Translations under genes and position numbers: made by a program
Shown: positions 26,527 to 36,222 of the stretch, piece by piece
How positions within the stretch are numbered: the first letter of the stretch is position 1
Layout: each line of letters begins with the position of its first letter
DNA from: a virus
Lineage: Duplodnaviria > Heunggongvirae > Uroviricota > Caudoviricetes
Reading direction: 5' to 3' (one strand)
Length of the DNA: 64,000 nt
Virus record (IMG/VR): IMGVR_UViG_3300021400_000141
Location: 1 to 64,000 of that record
Notes under the pieces: generated by a model
The model's input: only the letters and a program-made list of their open reading frames with translations
The model's database searches: none
Told to the model about the DNA's origin: nothing

Positions 26527-26538
26527 CTCGCATCTCCT

Positions 26539-26736
26539 TTACAATGACAGGAACAGTTTCCAAATTTTCTTTGATTTCTCGATGTTCGCCTTATGAAGGG
26601 CGTCCACTGAAGCGGACAGGTTGACAATTATGTTGTCCTTCGGGGTGTTCATCCAGTGCTCGTATATAGCCTGTGTCACCTCGTGCGGAGCCTTGAAAGT
26701 AGTTTTAGTTAGAAAGTCGTAGTAGTTATCATCCAT
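26539..26736 (-). CDS. Hypothetical protein
   Basis: GAGGA RBS. Confidence 0.6.
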   Translation of the reverse strand: MDDNYYDFLTKTTFKAPHEVTQAIYEHWMNTPKDNIIVNLSASVDALHKANIEKSKKIWKLFLSL

Positions 26737-26748
26737 AGGATAATCCTC

Positions 26749-27228
26749 TTAGTAAGATTCCAAAGCGTGTCTTTCTCTGTAATCCTGTTCTTCTGAGCGT
26801 TGCTTGTACTTTTCTCGTAAAACCTGCAATGACTTCTCAAAATCAATTTCACTGCTCTTGTTTTTAAGCACCCATTCCGCACCAGCTATAAAAATGCTGT
26901 ATGTATCAACAAAGTCCATTGCAGTTTTCGTGTACTCCAGCGTCTTATTCGTCATCCGTTCTGTCGTATGACTTGTTACATTATATGTAGGTGGAGCTGG
27001 GTCCTTGTCCGAACCGTGCCTGCAAAACAAGTAATACGCATCACTAGCCTCTTTTCCAGTACACCAGTCCAACGGAGTGAGCGAATAGAAAGACCTCTCA
27101 AAATTGAACTGATGGCCTTTCGCTTCAACCTGTTCCCCGACTTCCTTGAAACGGTCAGTCCTGTATACAGGTTTTCCCTCGGCATACGCCTTCATGATTT
27201 CAATTTGTTCTTCAATACTCTGTGCCAT
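26749..27228 (-). CDS. Hypothetical protein
   Basis: IEIMKAYAEGK N-terminus; AGGAG RBS. Confidence 0.75.
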   Translation of the reverse strand: MAQSIEEQIEIMKAYAEGKPVYRTDRFKEVGEQVEAKGHQFNFERSFYSLTPLDWCTGKEASDAYYLFCRHGSDKDPAPPTYNVTSHTTERMTNKTLEYTKTAMDFVDTYSIFIAGAEWVLKNKSSEIDFEKSLQVLREKYKQRSEEQDYRERHALESY

Positions 27229-27237
27229 GACTTTCTC

Positions 27238-27468
27238 CTATATGGTACACAAAACGATTTCGATTACCAAAGCTAAAAGCAGAGGCAAAATCCATGTAAA
27301 CTCAACTCCGAGAAACACACATCCGATTTTTAGCACAAAGCTCAACGCACAGGCTATAACAACGTATGCAACAAGAAGTAGAAACCCAGATGCAATGACA
27401 TCGACAGCGGAAAACCCGTCCTGACTATCATTTTCAACACGAAACGAAATAATAGGTTTACTCGACAT
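27238..27468 (-). CDS. Membrane protein
   Basis: Two transmembrane helices. Confidence 0.6.
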   Translation of the reverse strand: MSSKPIISFRVENDSQDGFSAVDVIASGFLLLVAYVVIACALSFVLKIGCVFLGVEFTWILPLLLALVIEIVLCTI

Positions 27469-27492
27469 AAAACCCCAAATGTAAATTTTCGT

Positions 27493-27553
27493 TTACTAAC
27501 ATTTTTCTTGATATTAACATTTCGAAATGTTAGAATCAGAAAAATGTTAATAA
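27493..27553. repeat. About 60-bp AT-rich imperfect palindrome with four TAACATTT half-sites
   Basis: TAACATTTTTCTTGATATTAACATTT-CG-AAATGTTAGAATCAGAAAAATGTTA. Confidence 0.85.
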
Positions 27554-27723
27554 TAAAATTTTCCGCAACTATTGAGCGAGTCTGATGACTCTGAACACTG
27601 CGTTTCGTAATAGATTTCAGTACCAGAGCCCGAATCGTGGTTGCAACCATACAGCATCGCAAACACTGCAAGGAACAGTACCAGCAGAACCAGGCAGATG
27701 TAGTCTCTGTGAATCCACTTCAT
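27547..27723 (-). CDS. 58-aa putative lipoprotein
   Basis: MKWIHRDYICLVLLVLFLAVFAMLYG-C lipobox; AAGGA RBS (translated by hand). Confidence 0.6.
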   Translation of the reverse strand: MKWIHRDYICLVLLVLFLAVFAMLYGCNHDSGSGTEIYYETQCSESSDSLNSCGKFYY

Positions 27724-27941
27724 GGTTAATCCTTTTCAGAACAGACTTCGACAACAAAGTTTTTCGCCTTACGTTCAATCAATACGACAACGACGGCAGT
27801 AGCGATGTAGATGAGTGCGGCAATTATTTTCTTTTTCATGAGGAATCCTCCATTTATTGTTTGGTTTGACGACAGAAATATACATATTTATCTAAGTATT
27901 GTCAATGGAATTTGGATAAATAATCGTTATTTTTACCCAAG

Positions 27942-27970
27942 TTGACAGGAATTGGTTTTTATACTATATT
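27942..27970 (+). promoter_or_regulatory. Divergent sigma70-type promoter
   Basis: TTGACA-N17-TATATT. Confidence 0.85.
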
Positions 27971-27992
27971 TTTTACAAAAAAGAGGTGCAAT

Positions 27993-28262
27993 ATGGCTAA
28001 CGAAAACGAAGAATGTACACTTAAACGGCTGTTTGAATACCTTTATCCTACCGACGTGTGGTTCGAATACCGCTCGACTTCTGCGGATGGGGCATACATC
28101 AAGGTGCTTCTATACAATGATTTGTGGGTGACAGTCTATCCATATATTGACAACACTTTCAAAGTTGTCCACCACGACAACAATGCAAATCCGAAGGAAA
28201 CCGTTTTCTACTGGTCATATAAAGACCTGATTGAGTATCTCTCCGTAAATTACGAGGGCTAG
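27993..28262 (+). CDS. Hypothetical protein
   Basis: GAGGT RBS at MANENE. Confidence 0.75.
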   Translation: MANENEECTLKRLFEYLYPTDVWFEYRSTSADGAYIKVLLYNDLWVTVYPYIDNTFKVVHHDNNANPKETVFYWSYKDLIEYLSVNYEG

Positions 28263-28263
28263 T

Positions 28264-28635
28264 ATGAATCCGAACGACATTCCTGAAGACAAGTTGGACA
28301 AGCTCCGCACATACTACATCAACACGAAGGGTGGATTTATCGGAAAGGACTCAACCGATGAAAAACTACAATTCGTGATGGAAGGATACAAGGCACTCAC
28401 TTTCGACAAGGCGGAGGCCGCAGTAAAATTTGCTCACAACCTCGTCGCATCAATGGGCATCCCGCTTGCACGAGTGTTCTGTTGCAGCAACCAGCAGCAA
28501 AATCACGGTATCGCATTGCTTCGTCGTGAAGGTGACCAAATAAAGTATATGTACATCGGTCAATCCGATACGCCTATGCAGTTACATGGAGGGCTTCCAG
28601 CATTGTTGCATCGAATTTCTCAATCAAGGAGATGA
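28264..28635 (+). CDS. Hypothetical protein
   Basis: Operon with neighbours. Confidence 0.7.
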   Translation: MNPNDIPEDKLDKLRTYYINTKGGFIGKDSTDEKLQFVMEGYKALTFDKAEAAVKFAHNLVASMGIPLARVFCCSNQQQNHGIALLRREGDQIKYMYIGQSDTPMQLHGGLPALLHRISQSRR

Positions 28636-28638
28636 ATT

Positions 28639-29043
28639 ATGGACCAATATATCGACTTCAAATCAGGCGTTCAACATCACATTCGCAATAAGTTCCTGGA
28701 AGCTAATGGCAATAACCTGCCAGAGGCGGTAGAAGGTGCCACATATTTGGCCGACGAGCTAGCCGATTTCATTAGATATTGCTTCGACAACTTCGGTGAT
28801 ACCTTAAAAGAAAGATATCGCTGTTCAATCGGAGTATTGGCTAAAATTGATTCTATAGACCACCCAGAACGATACAAGAACTATAACATGAGCTCCATGT
28901 TCGATGTACACCTCTGTGCAGGACGAATAATGGCAAAACACGCCATACAACAGGAAGACGTGCCGCTTGCTCAAATCGAAAATGATGTTATGACATCATT
29001 GAAATCAACACAAGGTATGTCGCATACAGTTCAAGGAACATAA
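28639..29043 (+). CDS. Hypothetical protein
   Basis: AAGGAG RBS. Confidence 0.7.
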   Translation: MDQYIDFKSGVQHHIRNKFLEANGNNLPEAVEGATYLADELADFIRYCFDNFGDTLKERYRCSIGVLAKIDSIDHPERYKNYNMSSMFDVHLCAGRIMAKHAIQQEDVPLAQIENDVMTSLKSTQGMSHTVQGT

Positions 29044-29228
29044 TAATCGTCATGGTCGGTGATTGCCTCGAACACCCACGAAAGCAGTCCTATCACCAAT
29101 AGGAAAGCGACAAACAGTATTGCCGCAACGACTCCTGGAGCCATCATTCCGTACAGGAACCCAGCTCCGTCACATCCAGCGTTCTGTGCGGCAAGAAGTG
29201 TGAAAGTTGTAGATAATTCGGTATTCAT
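29031..29228 (-). CDS. Small membrane protein
   Basis: Single long hydrophobic segment. Confidence 0.5.
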   Translation of the reverse strand: MNTELSTTFTLLAAQNAGCDGAGFLYGMMAPGVVAAILFVAFLLVIGLLSWVFEAITDHDDYYVP

Positions 29229-29266
29229 ATACAAATTGTTTATTGGAAATATATGAGAATTTATTC

Positions 29267-29295
29267 AAAAAACGCAGTGACAATGGTCACTGCGT
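29267..29295 (-). terminator. Intrinsic terminator
   Basis: ACGCAGTGAC-N4-GTCACTGCGT followed by a U-tract. Confidence 0.8.
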
Positions 29296-29319
29296 GTTCT
29301 ATATCACTCTGATGAAAGC

Positions 29320-29727
29320 TTACAACATGTCGATTACATCATCCAGCATGGACGGCTGTTCGTCAAACTTCCTTTCAGAAATGTCTGCACCATGTTGCCT
29401 CAACCAGTTTGCAACGAGGTGCCTATGGCAAAAGTCGCTTGGCTTCTCGTAGCAAAGGAGGGTGAGACGGTCGATTGCATCGGGCCCGTATATCCCAGAG
29501 AGTTCCTGCATGACTTCCTTGAAATCAAGTGTGTCAAGGTATTTCAGGAACTCGGCGGTATAGAACTCGGTGTCCCCCTTGTGCGAACCATACTTGAAGT
29601 CGAACAGGAGTTCCTTTGAAGGCGCCAGCTTAGGGTATGACGGCTTGTCGTACCACTCTGGGTTAATCCGTGCGATAGACAGCGGATACTCAATCTGCGG
29701 CACCTTGGCAAAGTACGAGGTGAACAC
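29320..29727 (-). CDS. DUF488-like protein
   Basis: TSYFA...SIAR..P...LAPS...LLCYEKPSDFCHRHLVA.WL. Confidence 0.85.
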   Translation of the reverse strand: MFTSYFAKVPQIEYPLSIARINPEWYDKPSYPKLAPSKELLFDFKYGSHKGDTEFYTAEFLKYLDTLDFKEVMQELSGIYGPDAIDRLTLLCYEKPSDFCHRHLVANWLRQHGADISERKFDEQPSMLDDVIDML

Positions 29728-30261
29728 CTAGTAGTCCTCGTGCTTGAACTGGCGGAAATATGTATCGACAGTATTCTTGAGGAGTGCAACAGTCTGTTCA
29801 TCCATGTGGAAACGGCCCTTGTTGATTTCAAGAGACTTGTCGATGTTGCCATCGTCATGTCGCATCGTTGCTGCGAACCAGTCGCAAATCAACTCAATCA
29901 TATCGACAAGGTTCATCCCGTTCACTCCGTTGGCGAAATGTTCTGGGTGATGCCTGTTTTCTGCATAGTGATGTTCAAGCGCCTTTTTCAACCCTGCCAG
30001 AAACTCCTGATATTCAGGAGAACCGTAGGTGCAGTTTTTGAGCTTCGGTGTGTACTCGTCAAACAATTCCTTCTCGGGAGGAAGCAACTTGGAGTCATCA
30101 TGATGGTCAGCCCTGTCCATGATGTCCTTTGCCATAGTGTACATCTGAATGCGGATGTCATCCGCATGGTTCATGATGTCCTTTGCGACAAGGCCCATGA
30201 GCATGCGAACGAAGTCACGATGCTTGTTGGTATCGGCGGTAGAATCGTATTGCTCTGGCAT
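29728..30261 (-). CDS. HD-superfamily (DUF5662-like) protein
   Basis: HDDSK, HHYAENRHHPEH, E.ICDW. Confidence 0.8.
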   Translation of the reverse strand: MPEQYDSTADTNKHRDFVRMLMGLVAKDIMNHADDIRIQMYTMAKDIMDRADHHDDSKLLPPEKELFDEYTPKLKNCTYGSPEYQEFLAGLKKALEHHYAENRHHPEHFANGVNGMNLVDMIELICDWFAATMRHDDGNIDKSLEINKGRFHMDEQTVALLKNTVDTYFRQFKHEDY

Positions 30262-31310
30262 TACTTATTCTCCTTGGTGTCATTGCTTGCGAAAAGAGCG
30301 TTGAAATCATCCAAATGGAGCTTGTCCCAGATTTTGGATTCCTTCATTCTTTTTTCTGCTTCCTTTCGTTTCTCTGGGGATGCAGTCTTTAAGAAGTCAA
30401 TAACCTTGCTCATATTATTTGCGTCTTCTTTACATTCCTCAGGAAGCGCACCAGGGCGGTACTGGGGGATTTCACCGTTGAACAGATATCCAGCTTGGTT
30501 CGTGATGTTTCTGAGGATGACACCAGCGAAACGGATATATGCGTGACGGAGGAACGTCATGTCAGGATTCTGCCTTGCCGTGTGCTTCGGTGGAAGATTT
30601 TCCAGTTCTTCCTTAGTGAGCGTACGGAGAATAGTCTTGCGGACGATGAAGGTTCCCTGCATGTTCATCGCTTCCTTGTCGAAGAACAGGTCGCCATTCC
30701 ATTTAGTCGGGCTCCACTTCATCGTGTAGCCAGCCTGCTTAATCATTTCAAGCTTGTCATCGCTGTTCTTGTTGAGAAGTTCCTTGTGCGGATAAAGGGT
30801 CTGTGCAATCATGCTGATGGCGTTCTTGATGGAATCTGCCTGTCGCCAACTGAGAACGAGTGCGGCAAAGTCCATGTGCGGAACATTCCATGCACGGCAA
30901 TCGAAGTAAGCCGTGCGGTTTCCGATGCGAGATTCAAGCTTGGTGAACTCAACGTCATGCACGAGATAGTTGAACTTCACGCTTGCAACAGCGGAAAGCA
31001 TGCTGCAAATCTTCTGGATTCTACCCCCGAAGTAGTAATCGCTGATGTGGGCCATCGGTTTCAGGACGAGGGTAATTTCATCGGACTGTGTATAACCGAT
31101 TACAGCATTGCATTCTTCCATGAGTGCGGTAGTTACACGGCACATGACCTCTCGAAGTTCGGCATCGAACGGACGCAAGCAGTTCTTGGTCACGTTGTGG
31201 AATGCACGACCGTCAAGACGGATGCACACTGGAAGTCCAGGAATGAGGGTTCGCTTCGCTTCGATGCCCTCGTATTCCTTCATGAAGATGTCCAAGTTAG
31301 AATATGACAT
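30261..31310 (-). CDS. thg1: Thg1-like tRNA(His) guanylyltransferase / 3'-5' polymerase
   Basis: IRLDGRAFH, GYTQSDEI, GRIQK, FDCR, WRQ.D..KN motifs. Confidence 0.92.
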   Translation of the reverse strand: MSYSNLDIFMKEYEGIEAKRTLIPGLPVCIRLDGRAFHNVTKNCLRPFDAELREVMCRVTTALMEECNAVIGYTQSDEITLVLKPMAHISDYYFGGRIQKICSMLSAVASVKFNYLVHDVEFTKLESRIGNRTAYFDCRAWNVPHMDFAALVLSWRQADSIKNAISMIAQTLYPHKELLNKNSDDKLEMIKQAGYTMKWSPTKWNGDLFFDKEAMNMQGTFIVRKTILRTLTKEELENLPPKHTARQNPDMTFLRHAYIRFAGVILRNITNQAGYLFNGEIPQYRPGALPEECKEDANNMSKVIDFLKTASPEKRKEAEKRMKESKIWDKLHLDDFNALFASNDTKENK

Positions 31311-31313
31311 TGT

Positions 31314-31727
31314 CTACCTCTTTATGTTTCTTTCGATAATTTCTGCAAGTTTAGCCTCTACCTCGTCATTCTGGCGGGCTGCGTTAAAAATCTTCGACAT
31401 ACAACGGGGAAGATGGCATTCCTTGTTGATGACATCCAACAGGGACACTCCCTCGTCAGCCCTCTCAATGATGGAACCATCTTCGTCAAGAACCACGTCG
31501 AACATCTCGGCGGTCAACACCATGAAGATATCCCCCTTTACAGAAACACAGTATTCAACTGTGATTAAGGGAACTTCCTGCCTGCCGTCAGTTGCCAAAT
31601 GGTATTCGTACGATACCTTAGTGCAACAAAGGTCTTCATCGTCGAATTTACCCTTCTTGATAGGGACTATGCCGTTATCGGAAAGGGCTTTATCCAGCTT
31701 TTCAAATGTATTTATCTTTTCCAGCAT
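31314..31727 (-). CDS. Hypothetical protein
   Basis: ORF in run. Confidence 0.65.
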   Translation of the reverse strand: MLEKINTFEKLDKALSDNGIVPIKKGKFDDEDLCCTKVSYEYHLATDGRQEVPLITVEYCVSVKGDIFMVLTAEMFDVVLDEDGSIIERADEGVSLLDVINKECHLPRCMSKIFNAARQNDEVEAKLAEIIERNIKR

Positions 31728-31849
31728 ATTACGTCCATGATAGGATGAGGAGTACTATGATAATGATGATTGCGACGAGGGTTTCCCTCCAAGGGAACTC
31801 GTCTTCCTGATTTTCTGTTTTGTTGTTCAAATTCTGTTTCATACTATAA

Positions 31850-31917
31850 AATATAGGATAATTTATTCACTTTGGCAAGAGTTTACTCTTGACAATACCC
31901 ACTTTTTTATGTACGTT
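31850..31917. promoter_or_regulatory. Divergent promoter pair
   Basis: Minus: TTGCCA-N17-TATATT (31850-31878); plus: TTGACA-N17-TACGTT (31889-31917). Confidence 0.7.
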
Positions 31918-31944
31918 TTACCAAAAATCAACCGAGAGGTTACC

Positions 31945-32238
31945 ATGAAACGAGACGAAGTTATCAAAACGCTTATAGAACTACTAAACGATGAGACAGG
32001 TGACTTGGGATATGACGGCTATATCGAGCCTTCTGAAACAGGAAATTCATTCAAACTCGTCATCATTCCAGCCCCAGGAAGGCATACTGTCCCTAGACAG
32101 TCCGTGATAGATTCCGTACTCCATGTTGTAAAGTCGCATTTCCCGTCAGAATGCGTAACAACTATGGAAGGCACACGCGATTACCCGTACGGAGCGTATG
32201 TCATCACGGTTTCCGACTACACACGGTTCCACAAGTAA
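31945..32238 (+). CDS. Hypothetical protein
   Basis: GAGGT RBS at MKRDE. Confidence 0.7.
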   Translation: MKRDEVIKTLIELLNDETGDLGYDGYIEPSETGNSFKLVIIPAPGRHTVPRQSVIDSVLHVVKSHFPSECVTTMEGTRDYPYGAYVITVSDYTRFHK

Positions 32239-32241
32239 GGC

Positions 32242-34137
32242 ATGAGGGTTATGGAAAAAACGGTGTACAGTTTCGAAACAATGGTATGCATCTCGACAAT
32301 CCTCGATAAATGGTTTGGATTGCCAACCGCAAGAGACTATTATGACGGGGAGTCCTACTCAAAGAAGCTTTCCACTACGAACACATCAGGTTATAACAAT
32401 GACCGATACACGTTCGGCTCACTGCCCCACAACACGGCTGTTTACGGTGACTGCAACCTGGTCACATTGTTGGGAGAGGAATCCGACGCCAAGGACATGC
32501 ATCTTGTGGAAAAGATTGAGAACGGGGTATACGCCATAGAGAGCAAATCTGTGGACGATTACGGTTGGAAATACACGTTCGCTAACGGGGTTGGCAACAG
32601 AGTGTCAGCCCGTGTATTCTTCGACTCACTGTATACTATACATATCAAGGCGACATGTCCCTGCGACGGGGACCCGACAATATGCCTGAGTCTAAGCCAT
32701 GCCATAGAGGATAGCATCTTGGCGGACATACTCGAATTTCTTCCTGAACTAGATATCGCCTTGATTAGAGAGGTGATGAAGCGTTCTGGGCTAAGCGGTC
32801 GCCACCCAAGAATCGCAATCGAGCGACTGATTGCGTTCGGTGCGTACCGTACACGTCTTTTGCTGGACATCCTCAAGCATTCGGACGAGAGAATAAGGAT
32901 AATCGTCAAACGGCTTTCAATCAACTGCCGCAGGGACAGATGCGAGAAATGCGGACGGTGCCACGGCAAGCTGTACACATTGGCGGATGACGCACTCTTG
33001 CTTTCCAAGGGACGGTACAAAGTAGGCGAAGACGCACCGCCAGCATGGGAAAATGAGAGCCATCTCCCTCTGGACGCTATGGAATACGCCTCGTGCGAGA
33101 TGTTCAGGGTCATCAACAAGGACTTCCAGCGATTAGATGTTCCAGACCAACCGTATTTGCCAGACATAGGCAACAAGAAGGAAGTGTATTTCCCTGAACG
33201 CACAGACCGCCCCAAGGTTGACTACGAAGACGATAACGAAGACAGGGCGTATGACCCCGATGGGTTCGACCCAACAATCGATTCTGGTGGCACCAATAGT
33301 TACACCAAAGCCATGCTAAACATTATTTTGTCACGCACGGTAGACGACGGAGATACTGATTTCATCAGCGAGTACGTGGAAACACGGTTCTATCAGACCA
33401 GTTTACTTCCATTAATCGGCCTGGCATTCGACCCTCGCGGTCCCAAGAGGCTGTCCGACAGAAAGATGTCCTGCGGGGAGGCAATCACGTATGTCACCGA
33501 CAGCGAAAAGATATACGAGAAGCTCAAAGATGGAGGATATCCAGTCAAGAGCTGCATCAAAGAACGATGCAAGACATGGAAGCACGCATTGAGCATATGC
33601 GACAGAAACCACGCCATCTTCAACGATATAGATTGGGAAAATTTTCCAAACATGGAACCGATGAAATGCGACATCAAGTTGCCGCGTTGGATGGAACGGT
33701 TACGAATCAAGAGCAAGGAAGCCATGGTTGCTATAGGGGAGAACATGCACAACTGTCTCCGAGCCAGGACCGAAAGCAACAACCTGTTCTTCCATTGGCA
33801 TAACTGTGCCCTCGAACTTTCATACGGGAAAAATCCCCATGTAGTTCAGTGCTACGACAAGTTCAACCACACGACACCCGACTCTACCAAGATGAAGGAT
33901 GTGTTCACCAAATACGTACGCCGTCACATCAATATGTTCTTGACATACCGCATTGAACCTGATGAAAAAACACGTTACGTGCGCAACGCATTGGGGCATG
34001 TACAGTTCAATGAAGGCGAATACGAGATGGAAACGTGCAAAGTCCATGAAGGTAAAAAGAGGAACAATAACGAATTTCAAATCAACATTTATCTAGTGAA
34101 AAAGAAAATCAACCTGCGGACGTTTTTCGCCGCATAA
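32242..34137 (+). CDS. Large protein with C-terminal PcfJ-like domain
   Basis: GENMHNCL...ALEL...VVQC; internal CEKCGRC. Confidence 0.6.
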   Translation: MRVMEKTVYSFETMVCISTILDKWFGLPTARDYYDGESYSKKLSTTNTSGYNNDRYTFGSLPHNTAVYGDCNLVTLLGEESDAKDMHLVEKIENGVYAIESKSVDDYGWKYTFANGVGNRVSARVFFDSLYTIHIKATCPCDGDPTICLSLSHAIEDSILADILEFLPELDIALIREVMKRSGLSGRHPRIAIERLIAFGAYRTRLLLDILKHSDERIRIIVKRLSINCRRDRCEKCGRCHGKLYTLADDALLLSKGRYKVGEDAPPAWENESHLPLDAMEYASCEMFRVINKDFQRLDVPDQPYLPDIGNKKEVYFPERTDRPKVDYEDDNEDRAYDPDGFDPTIDSGGTNSYTKAMLNIILSRTVDDGDTDFISEYVETRFYQTSLLPLIGLAFDPRGPKRLSDRKMSCGEAITYVTDSEKIYEKLKDGGYPVKSCIKERCKTWKHALSICDRNHAIFNDIDWENFPNMEPMKCDIKLPRWMERLRIKSKEAMVAIGENMHNCLRARTESNNLFFHWHNCALELSYGKNPHVVQCYDKFNHTTPDSTKMKDVFTKYVRRHINMFLTYRIEPDEKTRYVRNALGHVQFNEGEYEMETCKVHEGKKRNNNEFQINIYLVKKKINLRTFFAA

Positions 34138-34152
34138 TTAAAGGAGGCAACC

Positions 34153-34590
34153 ATGTCCTGGTTTCACCGTCTAAGCGAAGCAGACAGAAAATCTATCGAC
34201 GAGACATACCTCAAGAAATCCGATTTCAAGGATATCATGGGGAAGGTTCTCACAACCATAATCAACGAGGCAGGAAACACTACGTCAAAGGGTGTTTCGT
34301 CAACCGACGCACCGACAGCGCCTACCCCAGTCAAAGCACAGGTCGAACCGCCAAAACTGAGCTGGGAAGACTGCGTCAGCAAGTTTTACGAAGCGATGAA
34401 AACTTCGTTGAAGGCCCAGGGAGGCCGTTTCACGGACGAAGCTGCCGCATTGAAGAAAGTAAAGGAATTGATGCCGCCAGTGGATTCGATGCCAATCCTC
34501 GCAAAGTTTACCAGCGAAGAAATCAATGCAATCTGCAACGTCATGGACATGATGCAGGCGGCAGTACTCCCGCTTGTAACCAGGGCGTAG
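34153..34590 (+). CDS. Hypothetical protein
   Basis: AAGGAGG RBS. Confidence 0.8.
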   Translation: MSWFHRLSEADRKSIDETYLKKSDFKDIMGKVLTTIINEAGNTTSKGVSSTDAPTAPTPVKAQVEPPKLSWEDCVSKFYEAMKTSLKAQGGRFTDEAAALKKVKELMPPVDSMPILAKFTSEEINAICNVMDMMQAAVLPLVTRA

Positions 34591-34601
34591 GCTGGATATA
34601 G

Positions 34602-35300
34602 ATGACACAGAGCACAAGGAAAGAAGACAACAGGCTAGTCGAAGTAGTAAACAGTTATCTTGACAATGTCGCTTACCCGCAGACCAATCACCTGCGGTTC
34701 ACATCCCGTGTTACGGACGCTGACCAACAACAGTCTGGAAGCGACCTCATTGTCAACATAAATGGATTGAAACTGACTTGCGACGAGAAGGCTGCGGTGA
34801 AGTACATAGCTAAGCCGCTAACGACATTCGCACTTGAACTCGGTTTCATGGACAACCGTTACCACCAGCAGCACCAGCTCGGATGGCTAATCGACCCGAA
34901 GCATACGAACGACCTGTTTTCGTTCATCTGGTTGCCTCAGGCTACTCGACCCGATATTCAAACCCCATCTGATATAATCCAGTGCGATATAGCCCTTGTC
35001 CGAAAACTGGACATAATGAACTATCTCGAATCCTTTGGGTGGAACCCGAAGAACCTCGCCAAGAAGGAATGGTGCATCAGGAACGGAACTGGAAAGACCG
35101 AATTGGGCAACTTCCGTGAGCACGGACTGAAGTTCGCAATCAGCCGTTTCCTGCACGAGCAGCCCGTTAATGTTCTCCTTATGAAGGAAACCTACATGGA
35201 GATGGCCATTGGTCGGTACTCGATAATAAACAACCAGCTATCGTATATTTTCGAACGGGATATCGATTCTTTCATAGAACCGCCACGCCCAAGATTATAA
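34602..35300 (+). CDS. PD-(D/E)XK nuclease-fold protein
   Basis: Q..GSDL...DEKAA, TFALEL, GWL. Confidence 0.55.
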   Translation: MTQSTRKEDNRLVEVVNSYLDNVAYPQTNHLRFTSRVTDADQQQSGSDLIVNINGLKLTCDEKAAVKYIAKPLTTFALELGFMDNRYHQQHQLGWLIDPKHTNDLFSFIWLPQATRPDIQTPSDIIQCDIALVRKLDIMNYLESFGWNPKNLAKKEWCIRNGTGKTELGNFREHGLKFAISRFLHEQPVNVLLMKETYMEMAIGRYSIINNQLSYIFERDIDSFIEPPRPRL

Positions 35301-35353
35301 ACTAGATTTGAACAAGATGGCGTTACAGTCATCAAGCAAATAAGGTTTGTATT

Positions 35354-36193
35354 ATGGATTCGTGGAAGCAATGGACAAAGCCAGTTACAATTCCTGGCGA
35401 AAAAATGTTTAAGCTCAAGTTTGAGACACCAGACGCAGGAGGAAAACTGGGATTGGCCATCTTTGACCACCTTATGCGTCTGTACCAGTATTCTCAGGAA
35501 GAGAACATTTTTGCAAACCCCTCGTTGACATTGAACGACAAAACCGTTCCCGATAACGCTGGTGGAGCTCTCGGTGCAGGAACAGGTGAAATAAGCCAGG
35601 GAAGGCCGATTATCCAGATACCTCCATCACAGTCAGGCGATGTTTTCTGTACTCCTCCTGACCCTGCTAATCCGACGAAGAAGACGCTCCGTGTGGTACT
35701 CAACCTGACCCAAGCAGCAATTATTCTTCACGAGGCAAACCATGCAATTCACCGCTTTGTAAACCACGGTGAATACATGCATCCAAAATCCAGCGAGATT
35801 CTCGGTGCAGTTGACCAGGACCTTAACATGGGCGTAATGAGCAAAGCGCTCCAGACGCAGAATAACTATGGGGCCGCTATTCGTTACAAAAAGGCAAACG
35901 AGATGGAAACATACTGGCTTTGCTGCTGCGATGCTGCGAAATACCAGTTTAGCGAAGACGCAATAAAGGCAATCAAGGTTGTAAACAACCAGAACCTGTT
36001 GAGTGCTAATTATGAAGTGCTCGCCAACCAGAAGCAGGCAGAAACATTGCAGAAGAACATTGACAACGATAACCTCTGGGAAAACATGTTCGATATAGAG
36101 AAGGAAGACCCGACCAAATACAACCCGCCTAGTGACGATGTGTTCAAGGATTTTTACGACGACGAGAACAAAGAAACTACCAACGAAGTATAA
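35354..36193 (+). CDS. Putative zinc metallopeptidase-like late protein
   Basis: IILHEANH (HExxH) and downstream NEMETY. Confidence 0.55.
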   Translation: MDSWKQWTKPVTIPGEKMFKLKFETPDAGGKLGLAIFDHLMRLYQYSQEENIFANPSLTLNDKTVPDNAGGALGAGTGEISQGRPIIQIPPSQSGDVFCTPPDPANPTKKTLRVVLNLTQAAIILHEANHAIHRFVNHGEYMHPKSSEILGAVDQDLNMGVMSKALQTQNNYGAAIRYKKANEMETYWLCCCDAAKYQFSEDAIKAIKVVNNQNLLSANYEVLANQKQAETLQKNIDNDNLWENMFDIEKEDPTKYNPPSDDVFKDFYDDENKETTNEV

Positions 36194-36222
36194 ACTATAC
36201 GTGAAGAAGGACAGGTTTAGCC

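Larger units (their letters stand above)
6896..27905 (-). promoter_or_regulatory. Dispersed set of minus-strand early promoters
   Basis: TTGACA-N16/17-TATATT at 6896-6924, 9354-9382, 14500-14528, 19561-19589, 21843-21871, 23944-23972, 25991-26018 and 27877-27905. Confidence 0.85.

Noticed and set aside
27935-27944. Extra cassette site (ACCCAAGTTG); also GGTGATAAAG at 24259 and about 63264
   Set aside because: Half matches only; the first overlaps a -35 box and the others lack the spacer and right arm.
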